Shown piece after piece: positions 39,333 through 49,038 of a stretch of 64,000 bases of DNA (its first letter is position 1; every line of letters begins with the position of its first letter). Source of the DNA: an uncultured Candidatus Binatia bacterium (GTDB lineage: Bacteria; Desulfobacterota; Binatia; UBA9968; JAJDTQ01); assembly GCA_965242525.1 (NCBI GenBank), contig OZ251459.1, positions 2,432,001-2,496,000 on the forward strand, in the 5' to 3' direction. The position numbers and the translations under genes were made by a program. The notes under the pieces were generated by a model, which was given only the letters and a program-made list of their open reading frames with translations, made no database searches and was not told where the DNA came from.

Positions 39333-41402
39333 TCAAACTTTGGCGGTGATGAGCAGGTTCCTGTAGTCGTCCACCCGGGCGCGCTGTTCCGGGTGCACCA
39401 CCGTGGTGGTGTCCATCTGCTCCACCACCGCGGGGCCCGCGAGCTCGTGCCCGGGCTCCAGGCGGTCCCGGTCGTAGATGGGACAGGGCCGGAAGCCGAG
39501 TTCGCGTCCGAAGAATATCCGGCGCTCCCCGGTGCGTGCGTCGGCCACGCTCCTTCCCGTGGGATTGAAGGTTGACAGCCGGGCCCGGGGCGTCCGCCCT
39601 TCGGCCACCAGCCGCACGCTCACCAGCTCCACGGGCTCGGACTCGGCCTTGTGGCCGTGGTGCTGCTCGTGGACCTCGTGGAACCGCCCTTGCACCAATT
39701 CCATGTCCCGCTCCTCCAGCGGCGCGGCCGGACACGGCACCGTGAGCTCGTAGCCCTGGCCGGCGTAGCGCAGGTCCAGGAACGGGGTCAGGACGGTCTC
39801 CGAGTCGGAGAAGCCCTCCTCCCGGAGCCCGTCCCGGGCCTGTTCCATGAGCTCTTCGAACAGGGAGTTCAGGTCGTCGGGCCGGAGCTCCTGCATGGGA
39901 GCGAGCCGGGAGCGCACGTGGTCGTGCTTCACGTCGGACATGAGCAGGCCCAGGGCGGAGTGGACGCCCGGGGTCAGCGGCACCAGCAGGGTCGGGATGC
40001 CCAGGTCCAGGGCCAGCCTGCCGGCGTGCATGGGGCCGGCGCCGCCGAAGGCCACCAGTGTGAACTCCCGGATGTCGTAGCCCCGCTGGGACGACACCGC
40101 CTTGATGGCTTCCTCCATCTTGACGTTGATGATCTTGAGTATGCCTTCCGCGGCCTCGTGGAGGCTCAATCCCAGGGGCCTGGCGATGCGCTCCTCCACC
40201 AGGGTCTCCGCCTTCCCCTTGTCGAGCTTGAGGCGCCCGCCCAGGAAGTGGTCGGGGTCCAGCACCCCCAGTATGACGTTGGCGTCGGTGACGGTGGCGT
40301 TCTCGCCCCCGCGGTCGTAGCAGATGGGACCGGGGTCCGCGCCGGCGCTGTCGGGTCCCACCTGGAGCGCGCCCACGGAGTCGATGCGGGCCACGGTGCC
40401 GCCCCCGGCGCTCACCGTATGGATGTCGAGCATGGGCAGGCTGATGGGCCGCTGGTCGATGCGCCCCTGGGTGGTGACCACCGGGCGGCCCCGGTGGATC
40501 AGGGCCACGTCGCAACTGGTGCCGCCCATGTCGAAGGTGATGAGGTCGTCGATGCCCGCCTTGCCGCTGACCGCCACCGACGAGATCACCCCTCCCGCGG
40601 GCCCGGACAGCACCGTGGCCACGGGTATGCGGGCGGCCGTGCGGAAGGTCGAGACGCCGCCGTTGGACTGCATGATGTAGAGTTGGGGAGTGGCGACTCC
40701 CATCTCCCTCAGGCGCGTCTCCAGCCGGTCCAGGTAGCGGCTCACCACCGGGGCGATGTAGGCGTTGATGACCGTGGTGCTCATGCGGTAGAACTCGCGG
40801 ATCTGCGGCAGCACCTCGCACGACAGCGACAGGCTGGCCTCCGGGAACTCTTCGCCCATGATCTGCTTGACTGCGAGCTCGTGCTCGAGGTTCAGGAAAG
40901 AGAAGAGGAAGCACACGGCCACGGACTCCACGCCCTTGGCCTTGAGGCGGCGGATGGCGGCCGCGGCCTCCTCCCGGTCCACCGGCGTGAGCGTCCTGCC
41001 CTGGAAGTCCACCCGTTCGGGGACTTCCTCGGTGTGGTACGGGGAGGCCAGCAGCCGGGGCTTCTCGAAGAACAGGTCGTAGGTCACCGGCCCGTAGCCC
41101 CGGCTCTGCTCCATGACCTCGTAGATGCCGCGGAACCCCCGGGTCACCAGCAGGCCGGTGACCGCCCCCTTCTCTTCCAGCAGGGCGTTGGTGCCCACGG
41201 TGGTGCCGTGGGAGAAGAAACTCACGTCCCCCGCGGAAACTCCCCGGTCCAGGAACTCCCGCATGCCGTCGAGCACGGCCTGGAACGGCTCCCTGGGAGT
41301 CGAAGGCGTCTTGGCGACGTGGAGTTCGCCGCTGTCCTCGTCGAAGAAAACGAAGTCCGAGAAGGTGCCCCCGGTGTCCACCGCCACTCGATACCTGCCC
41401 AT
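39333..41402 (-). CDS. hydantoinase A / oxoprolinase family protein
   Basis: VDTGGTFSD, HGTTVGTNALLE, LSGPAGG, DMGGTSCD, SAGADPGPICY, AFGGAGPMH. Confidence 0.94.
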   Translation of the reverse strand: MGRYRVAVDTGGTFSDFVFFDEDSGELHVAKTPSTPREPFQAVLDGMREFLDRGVSAGDVSFFSHGTTVGTNALLEEKGAVTGLLVTRGFRGIYEVMEQSRGYGPVTYDLFFEKPRLLASPYHTEEVPERVDFQGRTLTPVDREEAAAAIRRLKAKGVESVAVCFLFSFLNLEHELAVKQIMGEEFPEASLSLSCEVLPQIREFYRMSTTVINAYIAPVVSRYLDRLETRLREMGVATPQLYIMQSNGGVSTFRTAARIPVATVLSGPAGGVISSVAVSGKAGIDDLITFDMGGTSCDVALIHRGRPVVTTQGRIDQRPISLPMLDIHTVSAGGGTVARIDSVGALQVGPDSAGADPGPICYDRGGENATVTDANVILGVLDPDHFLGGRLKLDKGKAETLVEERIARPLGLSLHEAAEGILKIINVKMEEAIKAVSSQRGYDIREFTLVAFGGAGPMHAGRLALDLGIPTLLVPLTPGVHSALGLLMSDVKHDHVRSRLAPMQELRPDDLNSLFEELMEQARDGLREEGFSDSETVLTPFLDLRYAGQGYELTVPCPAAPLEERDMELVQGRFHEVHEQHHGHKAESEPVELVSVRLVAEGRTPRARLSTFNPTGRSVADARTGERRIFFGRELGFRPCPIYDRDRLEPGHELAGPAVVEQMDTTTVVHPEQRARVDDYRNLLITAKV

Positions 41403-41443
41403 CGGAGCGGGGTTAACACGATTTACCCGACCGTTCAATCTGG

Positions 41444-41741
41444 CGAAACTCCGAACGATTCCGGCTCGAACTCCCTTTCCCTGCGGGAAAGCGCGTCCTT
41501 CGACTTCGCTACGCTACGCTCAGGACGAACGGGGGACTTCGCTTCGCTACACTCAGGATGAACGGAGGACTTCGACTTCGTTACGCTCGGGACGAACGGG
41601 GGACTTCGCTTCGCTACGCTCAGGATGAACGGGGGACTTCGACTGCGCTACGCTCGGGACGAACGGAAGACTTCGGCTTCGCTACGCTCGGGGCAAACGT
41701 GGTAATCGTCCAGGGAACGGAGTAGTTGTCCAGGGTTTTCC
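41444..41741. repeat. six tandem ~32-33 bp REP-like units within IS5-like ends
   Basis: Units of GACTTCGCTTCGCTACGCTCAGGACGAACGG(GG) between ~41500-41700; CGAAACTCCGAACGA at left, TTGTCCAGGGTTTTCC at right. Confidence 0.75.
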
Positions 41742-41865
41742 TGGCTCGGATGCGGGTTGACAGGAGCCGGGATTTCTCGATAGAGCATTGCCAGGACAGG
41801 TTTCGCGGCGCACCGGCGGCTCGGCGTACCGGGCGGCCGACCGACACGACCGGAGAGGAGCACGC

Positions 41866-42636
41866 ATGATCGAAGGGTTGCAGGGCAAGGTGGTGATCGT
41901 CACGGGCGGAGGGCACGGCATCGGCAAGGCGTACTGCGAAGCCTTCACCAGGTCGGGTTCCCGGGTGGTGGCGGCGGACATCGACGCCGAGGCCGCGGAG
42001 AAGGTGGCGGGGGACTTGGCCAAGTTGAGCGAGGCCGGCTCCATGTCCGTGCACGTGGACGTGTCCGAGGAAAAGTCGGCCAACGAGATGGTGGCCAGGA
42101 CCGTCGAGCGTTTCGGCCGGGTGGACGTGCTCGTGAACAACGCCTCGATCTTCGCCACCATCCCCATGAGCCGGGGCCGCATCGAAGAGATCAGCATCGA
42201 GGAATGGGACCGGCTCATGTCCGTGAACCTCAAGGGCGTGTTCCTGTGCTGCCGCGCGGTGCTGCCGCAGATGCGCCAGCAGAAGTCCGGCAAGATCATC
42301 AACGTCGCTTCGGGCACCGCGCTCTACGGCCCCCCGGGCCGCATCCACTACGTGGCTTCCAAGGCCGGGGTCATGGGGTTCAGCCGCACCCTGGCCCGGG
42401 AGGTGGGCGAGGACAACATCCAGGTGAACATCCTGTGCCCCGGGTCGACCCTGTCCGAGGAGAACCCCACCGAGGACATCCTCAAGATGCGCCAGAGCAG
42501 CATCGGCCAGCGCGCGCTCAAGCGGGTGCAGGTGCCCCAGGACCTCGTGGGCGGCGTCCTCTTCATGGCCTCTCCGCTGGCCGACTTCATGACCGGACAG
42601 ACCCTGGTGGTGGACGGCGGCCAGAACATGCATTAG
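41866..42636 (+). CDS. short-chain dehydrogenase/reductase
   Basis: TGGGHGIG, NNAS, YVASK, TGQTLVVDGG; GGAG RBS. Confidence 0.94.
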   Translation: MIEGLQGKVVIVTGGGHGIGKAYCEAFTRSGSRVVAADIDAEAAEKVAGDLAKLSEAGSMSVHVDVSEEKSANEMVARTVERFGRVDVLVNNASIFATIPMSRGRIEEISIEEWDRLMSVNLKGVFLCCRAVLPQMRQQKSGKIINVASGTALYGPPGRIHYVASKAGVMGFSRTLAREVGEDNIQVNILCPGSTLSEENPTEDILKMRQSSIGQRALKRVQVPQDLVGGVLFMASPLADFMTGQTLVVDGGQNMH

Positions 42637-42950
42637 GAACCGCGGAACAATCGGGACAGAGGGTATGAGCGCGTCCTTCGACTCCGCTTCGCTACGCTCA
42701 GGACGAACGGGAATAGGGGCGTCAGGGTGAGGGAATCGGGAATCCATCCTGGATGGCTCGATTGTTCAGAGGTCCCATTGGGAACCGCGGAACATGCATT
42801 GGGGAACGGCGGAACCATCGAGACAGGGAGGACGGATTCCCGCACCCTGACCCTCCTGTCCCGTTCGTCCCGAGCGCAGCGAATCGTCCCATTCCGTTCG
42901 TCCTGAGCGTAGCGAAGCGGAGTCGAAGGACGCGCTCATGCCCCTTCCCG
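42636..42950. repeat. two inverted MITE-like/REP-bearing elements
   Basis: GGAACCGCGGAACAA...REP...TTGTTCAGAGGTCCC (42636-42776), then an inverted related copy (~42800-42945). Confidence 0.65.
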
Positions 42951-42959
42951 GTCCCGACC

Positions 42960-44342
42960 ATGCCACAGACCGATGTCGTCCGGCGTCTCACGGTCCTGTT
43001 GGGCGCCGGCTCGGTCCTCACGGATGAGGACGAGACCGACCTGCGCGCCTGGGACGGGCTGAGCACGAGCCGCATCCATCCGCGCCGCCCCATCGACCCC
43101 GTCCGTCCGTTGTGCGTCTGCCTTCCCGCCTCCACCGACGAGGTCCGGGCCGTCGTGCGGGCGGCCAACGAGGCCCGGGTCCCGGTGGTCCCCTACGGCG
43201 GTGGTTCGGGCCTGATGGGGGGCGCGGTCTCGCTGGCTCCCGGCATCGTCGTGGACCTGGGGAGGATGGACGCGGTGCTGGAGATCGACCCGGAGGCCCT
43301 CACGGTCCGGGTGCAGGCCGGGGCGGTGCTGGAAGTCCTGGACGCGGCCCTGGGCGGTTCCGGCCTCATGCTGGGCCACGACCCGTGGACGCTGCCGGTG
43401 GCCACGGTCGGAGGAGCCGTTTCCACCAACGGCCTCGGGTATCGCGGCGGCAAGTACGGCTCCATGGGGAGCCAGGTGCTGGGGGTCGAGGCGGTGCTGC
43501 CCGAGGGGCAGGTCTGTCGTACCCGGGGCGTGGTCCAGAACTCCACCGGCATCGACCTGGACCGCCTCTTCATCGGCGGCGAGGGCTGCTTCGGGATACT
43601 CACCGAGGCGACTCTCCGGGTCTTCCCGAAGCCCGAGAAGCGTTCCCTCCACGCGGTCCGGTTCGACTCCTTCGCGTGCGGGTTCCGCGCCGTCCGGGAA
43701 CTCTTCCGCGCCGGCCTGTCGCCGGTCCTGCTCGACTACGGTGACGAGACCGAGGATGCGGACGGACCCGCGCTCCTCTACCTGGGCTTCGAGGGCAAGG
43801 CCGAGCTGGTGGCCGCGGAGGACGCGGTGGCGCTGGAGGTCTGCTCCGCAAACCGGGGAGCGGACCTCGACGCGGGCGAGGCCGAACGGTTCTGGCGGGG
43901 TCGTCATGCCGCGGGGCGCCGGTTCGCCGCCAACCGGAGGGAACGCCGCGCCCCCAGCGAGCAGGGGGCGCACCAGGACTGGGTGCACGTGGCCTTGCCG
44001 GCGTCGAAGGTCCTGGCCTACCGGCGGGAGGCCCTCGCCATCGTGGCCGCGCACGGAGCGCGTTTCCGGGAGAGCGGGTTGTGGACTCGCCCGGAGCTCT
44101 TCTCGCTGCGCCTCTCCGTGGAAGGAGGGGACGAGGCCCGGGCGGCCCTCGGGGACGCGGTCCTGGCGCTGCTCCGGAGCGTACACGGTTTCGGCGGCTC
44201 GGTGGAGTACTGCCACGGAGTGGGGGTCAAGCTCGCTCCGCTCATGGCCGACGAGCACCGCGGCAACCTGGAACTGATGCGCTCTCTGAAGCGGCGCCTG
44301 GACCCCAACGGCGTCATGAACCCCGGCAAGCTCGGCCTGTAG
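42960..44342 (+). CDS. FAD-linked oxidase (GlcD/alkyl-DHAP synthase-like)
   Basis: VPYGGGSGLMGG, ATVGGAVSTNG, GGEGCFGILT, HGVG, DPNGVMNPGKL. Confidence 0.9.
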   Translation: MPQTDVVRRLTVLLGAGSVLTDEDETDLRAWDGLSTSRIHPRRPIDPVRPLCVCLPASTDEVRAVVRAANEARVPVVPYGGGSGLMGGAVSLAPGIVVDLGRMDAVLEIDPEALTVRVQAGAVLEVLDAALGGSGLMLGHDPWTLPVATVGGAVSTNGLGYRGGKYGSMGSQVLGVEAVLPEGQVCRTRGVVQNSTGIDLDRLFIGGEGCFGILTEATLRVFPKPEKRSLHAVRFDSFACGFRAVRELFRAGLSPVLLDYGDETEDADGPALLYLGFEGKAELVAAEDAVALEVCSANRGADLDAGEAERFWRGRHAAGRRFAANRRERRAPSEQGAHQDWVHVALPASKVLAYRREALAIVAAHGARFRESGLWTRPELFSLRLSVEGGDEARAALGDAVLALLRSVHGFGGSVEYCHGVGVKLAPLMADEHRGNLELMRSLKRRLDPNGVMNPGKLGL

Positions 44343-44483
44343 CGGCCCTCCATGAGCCGGACGGACTCCCGGCGGACGACGGTTCCGGGACGCCGCAGGT
44401 CCCGTGCGCCCGACGCGGCTTGGCGTTCGGCGGCGCGCTGTGGTACGAAAGAGGGAATTTCCAACTATCCGGGGAGGTCCACA

Positions 44484-44777
44484 GTGTCGTTGGTCACCGT
44501 GAAACCGAAGTTCCAGGTCACCATCCCCGCCAAGCTGCGCAGAGGGATCAACCTGCATGAGGGTGACGTCATGGAGGCTACCGTCGTGGGGGACGGCATC
44601 CTGTTTCGACCCATGGAGGTGGTGGACCGGAACGCGGCCGCCGACCGTATCGCCGCGGGTTTGTCCGCGGCGGAGCCCTCGTCCGAGGACATGGGCCGCA
44701 CCGAGGACGAGATCATGGAAGACGCCATCGCCGACATCGCGGCCTCCCGCCGGGAGCACCGTAACCGCACGGGATGA
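44484..44777 (+). CDS. AbrB/MazE-like antitoxin
   Basis: VKPKFQVTIPAKLRRGINLHEGD; overlaps PIN gene. Confidence 0.85.
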   Translation: MSLVTVKPKFQVTIPAKLRRGINLHEGDVMEATVVGDGILFRPMEVVDRNAAADRIAAGLSAAEPSSEDMGRTEDEIMEDAIADIAASRREHRNRTG

Positions 44778-45166
44778 AGGTTGTCATCGACTGCAACGTT
44801 CTGGTTTCGGCATCTCGGATCGACGGCGCCTGCCGCAAGGTCATCGACAATGCAGTGCGATGGCACGCCATCGTCCTTTCGGACCCCATCCTTGCGGAAT
44901 ACGAGACCGTCGCGGAACGACCCAAGCACGCGCCTTACCGCGATGCCCTGCGAGCGGTGATCTGCGAGTTGGAGCGAGTGGCCGTCTTCGTCGAACCGGC
45001 GAATGTTTCATTCGGTCTCAGAGATCATGACGACGAAATCTATCTGGCGACCGCAGCAGGCGGTGGAGCGGTCCTGATCACCGGCAACAGCCGCGATTTC
45101 ACGGAGTCGCGATACGGGTCCGTCAAGGTTTTCTCTCCGCGCGCCTTTCTCGATCGAACCACGTGA
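44774..45166 (+). CDS. PIN-domain toxin
   Basis: MKVVIDCNVLVSA, RDHDDEIYLATA, LITGNSRDF. Confidence 0.88.
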   Translation: MKVVIDCNVLVSASRIDGACRKVIDNAVRWHAIVLSDPILAEYETVAERPKHAPYRDALRAVICELERVAVFVEPANVSFGLRDHDDEIYLATAAGGGAVLITGNSRDFTESRYGSVKVFSPRAFLDRTT

Positions 45167-45253
45167 CGGCTACCCAAGAATCTGGTGTGGGGAAGCAGCG
45201 ATGGCCAGGACGATACCGGAATGGAAGGAGCGCCGGACATGACGGAACGGAGC

Positions 45254-46894
45254 ATGAGACGCTTCAACACCGAAGGGCCGGTTCGCCCGGAGGACCACTA
45301 CGCCGTTTCGCCGCTGGCGCGGGTGGACGTGGAGGAACTGCTGGGGCTGATCCGCGGCAAGCGCTACTTCGTGCTGCACGCGCCGCGGCAGACCGGCAAG
45401 ACATCCGCCCTGATCGCCCTGCGCGACCACTTGAACGGCGGCGCGGCCGGCGACTTCCGCTGCGTGAACGTGAACGTCGAGGTCGCCCAGGTGGCGCGCG
45501 ACGACGTGGCGCGGGGCATGCGCGCGGTCCTGGGCAGCCTGGCCGACAGCGCGATGCTGCTGGGCGACGACTACCCTGGCGGGGCTTGGCTGGACGTCCT
45601 GGCGGACATGGGGCCAGAGAACGCCCTCAAGGGACTGCTCACCCGCTGGTGCCTGGCGAACCCGACGCCGCTGGTGCTGCTGGTGGACGAGATCGACTCG
45701 CTGGTGGGAGACACGCTGCTGTCGGTGCTGCGCCAACTCCGCGCCGGCTACGAGCAGCGCCCGAAAGGCTTTCCCCAGAGCGTGGTGCTGTGCGGGGTGC
45801 GCGACATCCGCGATTACCGCATCCGGTCGAGCGCCGGGGAGGTGGTCGCCGGCGGCAGCCCCTTCAACGTGGCGGCGAAGTCGCTGCGCCTGGGGGACTT
45901 CACCGAGGCGGAGACCCGGGCGCTGGTGGGGCAGCACACGGAGGAGACCGGCCAGGGATTCACCGCCGCGGCGCTGGAGGCGGTGTGGACGCAGACCCGG
46001 GGGCAGCCGTGGCTGGTGAACGCGCTCTGCGCCGGGGCGTGCTTCGACGACAAGGCGGGACGGGACCGTTCGCGAACCATTGGGGAGAACGACATCTACG
46101 CCGCCCGGGAAGACCTCATCCTCTCGCGGCGCACGCACTTGGACCAGTTGGCCCACAAGCTGGAAGAGGAGCGGGTGCGTCGGGTCATCGAGCCGATCCT
46201 GAGCGGCGGGGATGCGCAGCACGAGGTTCGGGACCTGGAATACCTGCGCGACCTGGGGCTGATCGACGGCAGCGAGCCGCCGCGCATGGCGAACCCCATC
46301 TACGCGGAGGTGGTGCCGCGGGAACTGGGCTACGTCCTGCAGAGCAGCCTGGATCAACAGCCGGCGTGGTACGTGGACGGCGCGGGCGGGCTGGACATGG
46401 CCAAGCTGCTGACGGCGTTCCGCACGTTCTTCCGGGAGCACTCGGAGCACTGGCTGGGGCGCTTCGAGGACTACCCGGAGGCGGGTCCGCAGCTCATCCT
46501 GCAGGCGTACCTGCAGCGGGTGGTGAACGGGGGCGGGCGCATCGAGCGGGAGTACGGGCTGGGGCGTGGAAGGACCGACCTCCTGGTGCTGTGGCCCCGG
46601 GAGCCGGGGCAGCCGTCCGAGTTCTGGGAGAGGTTCGTGGTGGAGTGCAAGGTGCTGCGGGACTCGGACCGCAAGAGCCTGGCCGGGACCGTCGAGCGGG
46701 GCGTGGAGCAGACGTTGGGTTACATGGAGAAGTGCGGCGCGAGGGAAGGGCACCTGGTGGTGATCGACCGCCGGAGCGAGGAGCGGCGGCGCGGCGACGG
46801 GGAGGCGGGCGGAAGCGGGCCGCGCCCCGAAGGCGAGGAGGCCCGAAGCGGAGGCCGGCAGGACGGCGGCGAAGTCGTGGTCTGGACCCTGTAG
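45254..46894 (+). CDS. AAA-family ATPase with C-terminal PD-(D/E)XK-like domain
   Basis: RFNTEGP, HAPRQTGKT (Walker A), LLVDEID (Walker B), REYGLGRGRTDL..VVECK; start uncertain (45185-45254). Confidence 0.85.
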   Translation: MRRFNTEGPVRPEDHYAVSPLARVDVEELLGLIRGKRYFVLHAPRQTGKTSALIALRDHLNGGAAGDFRCVNVNVEVAQVARDDVARGMRAVLGSLADSAMLLGDDYPGGAWLDVLADMGPENALKGLLTRWCLANPTPLVLLVDEIDSLVGDTLLSVLRQLRAGYEQRPKGFPQSVVLCGVRDIRDYRIRSSAGEVVAGGSPFNVAAKSLRLGDFTEAETRALVGQHTEETGQGFTAAALEAVWTQTRGQPWLVNALCAGACFDDKAGRDRSRTIGENDIYAAREDLILSRRTHLDQLAHKLEEERVRRVIEPILSGGDAQHEVRDLEYLRDLGLIDGSEPPRMANPIYAEVVPRELGYVLQSSLDQQPAWYVDGAGGLDMAKLLTAFRTFFREHSEHWLGRFEDYPEAGPQLILQAYLQRVVNGGGRIEREYGLGRGRTDLLVLWPREPGQPSEFWERFVVECKVLRDSDRKSLAGTVERGVEQTLGYMEKCGAREGHLVVIDRRSEERRRGDGEAGGSGPRPEGEEARSGGRQDGGEVVVWTL

Positions 46895-46908
46895 CACCGG
46901 GCCGGCCT

Positions 46909-46937
46909 TTGACATTCGCGCGGAATCCCGATAGGGT
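46909..46937 (+). promoter_or_regulatory. sigma70-like promoter
   Basis: TTGACA-N17-TAGGGT. Confidence 0.55.
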
Positions 46938-46999
46938 GGCTCCAAAGAATGAAATCGAAGGCATATCGGACACGAATAGACGGCCGCGACCGGCGTTGA

Positions 47000-47035
47000 A
47001 AGAACTGCACCCGCTGAGGTGCAGTTCTTTTTTTT
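47000..47035 (+). terminator. intrinsic terminator-like hairpin
   Basis: AAGAACTGCAC-loop-GTGCAGTTCTT followed by a long T-run. Confidence 0.7.
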
Positions 47036-47066
47036 GCCGGGCGGCCGGCGGCTGGAGGACAACGTG

Positions 47067-47798
47067 TTGCGGGAGCAGTTGGAGACATTGGCGGTGCTCC
47101 AGGGCATCGACCTGGAGGTGAAGGGGCACGCCACCGCGCGGACGCAACGGCTCGAGGAGATCGAGGCGCGGGAGGGCGAGATCGCCAGGTTGGCCGCGGA
47201 AGTCAAGACGCTGAAGGAGGCGTGGGAGGAAAGGGACGAAGTCCGGCGCGCCAAGGAGCAGACGCTGCACGACGCCGGCAGGAAGGCCACCAACCGGCGC
47301 ATGCGCATGGGCCAGATCAAGAACATCAAGGAGTTGCAGGCGCTCCAGCGGGAGATCGCGCAGATCAAGGAATCCAACGCCATCCTGGAGGAGGAGCTGA
47401 TCGAGGTGTTGTCCGACGTGGAGGAGCAGGAGAGCGTGTGGAAGCGGAAGGAAGAGGACCTCCAGGGCCTTCGGAGCGATTGGGACCAACGCAAGGGCGC
47501 GCTGAAACGGGAGATCGCCGAGATCGAGGGGCGGATGGTCCAGGCGCGCAAGGGGCGCGACGAGACCGCGTCGCGCCTCGACGCCAACCTCATGGGCAAG
47601 TACGAGTTGCTCTTCGACCGGCGCGGCGGCACCGCGGTGGTGACGGTGACGTCGGCCATCTGCCAGGCCTGCCACATGAACATCCCGCCGCAGCTATGGA
47701 ACGACGTGCTGCGCAACGAGCGCATGAACCTGTGCCCGAGCTGCCAGCGTATCCTCTTCTACAACCCGCCGGCCCCGGAACGGGACGGACAACCCTGA
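47067..47798 (+). CDS. coiled-coil protein with C4-type zinc ribbon (CT398/DUF164-like)
   Basis: LQGIDLE, KELQALQREI, CQACHMNIPPQ..CPSCQRILF; upstream of rnpB. Confidence 0.88.
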   Translation: MREQLETLAVLQGIDLEVKGHATARTQRLEEIEAREGEIARLAAEVKTLKEAWEERDEVRRAKEQTLHDAGRKATNRRMRMGQIKNIKELQALQREIAQIKESNAILEEELIEVLSDVEEQESVWKRKEEDLQGLRSDWDQRKGALKREIAEIEGRMVQARKGRDETASRLDANLMGKYELLFDRRGGTAVVTVTSAICQACHMNIPPQLWNDVLRNERMNLCPSCQRILFYNPPAPERDGQP

Positions 47799-47839
47799 AC
47801 CGGGTCTTCCGGCTTTCGCGGGTAAAGCAGGACCACCTC

Positions 47840-48008
47840 CCGTCATTCCCGCGAAAGCGGGAATCTATCCGGTTTCATCGATCTCGTTGTACAAACCTCC
47901 CTAGCTCGGATGACCCTTCTCTATCCCCTCGATCTTCCTTGCCCGATTCCATTGCTGGCGCACAGGTTTGGTCGGAAGGATGGATTCCCGCTTTCGCGGG
48001 AATGACGG
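47840..48008. repeat. inverted pair of GTCATTCCCGCGAAAGCGGGAAT REP-like palindromes
   Basis: CCGTCATTCCCGCGAAAGCGGGAATC at ~47840 and its reverse complement at ~47983-48008. Confidence 0.7.
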
Positions 48009-48192
48009 AGTGGGGCGTCCGCGACGCCAAACCGAGGACGGCATGGTCGGAATGGGAAGGAAGCGGACCTCATCGCGCGGGTGGGGAGTGTCACAACCCA
48101 CACGAATTCCTGAAGATCCCCCCTGATCGCCGGTTTCTCGGCTCCGGGGGTTGCAACCGCGCTCCATAGGGGGGAGACTGTGGCTTGGGGGC

Positions 48193-48570
48193 ACAGTGGA
48201 TCAGACGGTCGCTTCCGCGGCGACGCGGGAGAGGAAAGTCCGGACTCCGCAGGACAGGGTGGCCGTTAACGGCGGCCTCGAGTGATCGAGGGAAAGTGCC
48301 ACAGAAAACATACCGCCCGACCGGCTCCGGGTCCAACCGGACCGTCGGGCAAGGTTGAAAAGGCGAGGTAAGAGCTCACCGGTCCGTCAGTGATGACGGG
48401 CGCATGGTAAACCCCACCCGGAGCAAGACCGAATAGGAGGGTCGGGTCGTCCGCCCGGAACCCCTCGGGTATGGTCGCTGGACCCCGTGAGCAATCACGG
48501 GGCAAGATGAATGACCGTCCCGCTTCCTGTTGGGAAGCGCGACAGAATCCGGCTTAACGATCCGCTGTCC
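48193..48570 (+). ncRNA. rnpB: RNase P RNA (type A)
   Basis: GAGGAAAGTCCGGACTCC, GAAAGTGCCACAGAAA, GGTAAACCCCACCCGGAGCAAG, ACAGAATCCGGCTTA; ends pair. Confidence 0.95.
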
Positions 48571-48619
48571 CCCATCCCCCGTCGGGGTTCCCCCTTCAGC
48601 CCCGCCGTACCCCCCCCCC

Positions 48620-48722
48620 TGCGGGCGGGACGCCCGCGTTCCCGGGAAAGGCGCTTCCCCGGGCCGGCTCACTGCCCTCACGGGCCACGGACCCCCCTGG
48701 GAACGCGGGCGTCCCGCCCGCA
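48620..48722. repeat. inverted pair of GCGGGCGGGACGCCCGCGTTCCC repeats
   Basis: TGCGGGCGGGACGCCCGCGTTCCC ... GGGAACGCGGGCGTCCCGCCCGCA. Confidence 0.65.
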
Positions 48723-48948
48723 TCCGAACAACGTCCCGCAAGACCTTGCCCACACGGAAGCCGGTCGATCTCGAAAAAAAGAGCGCCGCGCCGCCGCGGC
48801 CCGTCACGGCCTTCCGCCGCCTGCACTCCTACATTTTGTGGCCGGTCTCCGTCCGAGCGCCCGGAAGCACCTAGATATGGGTGGCTCTCCCGTTGTCCGG
48901 GAGGCATTCCACAGCCTTTCAGCCGTGCGGAAACATGGGTTTTTGGTG

Positions 48949-49003
48949 TTGACAGGCGCGAGACCAAGTAGGTATAGTCCCGCATGGTGGGATAAAGTGG
49001 GAT
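48949..49003 (+). promoter_or_regulatory. dcw promoter with MraZ-type binding repeats
   Basis: TTGACA-N18-TATAGT followed by GTGGGA repeats at 10 bp spacing. Confidence 0.7.
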
Positions 49004-49038
49004 GAAATCCCATAAGCGATCTCCCAGGATTTCAGTCC

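Noticed and set aside
41490-41700. CRISPR array
   Set aside because: Units are contiguous with no unique spacers and match the dispersed REP-like family.
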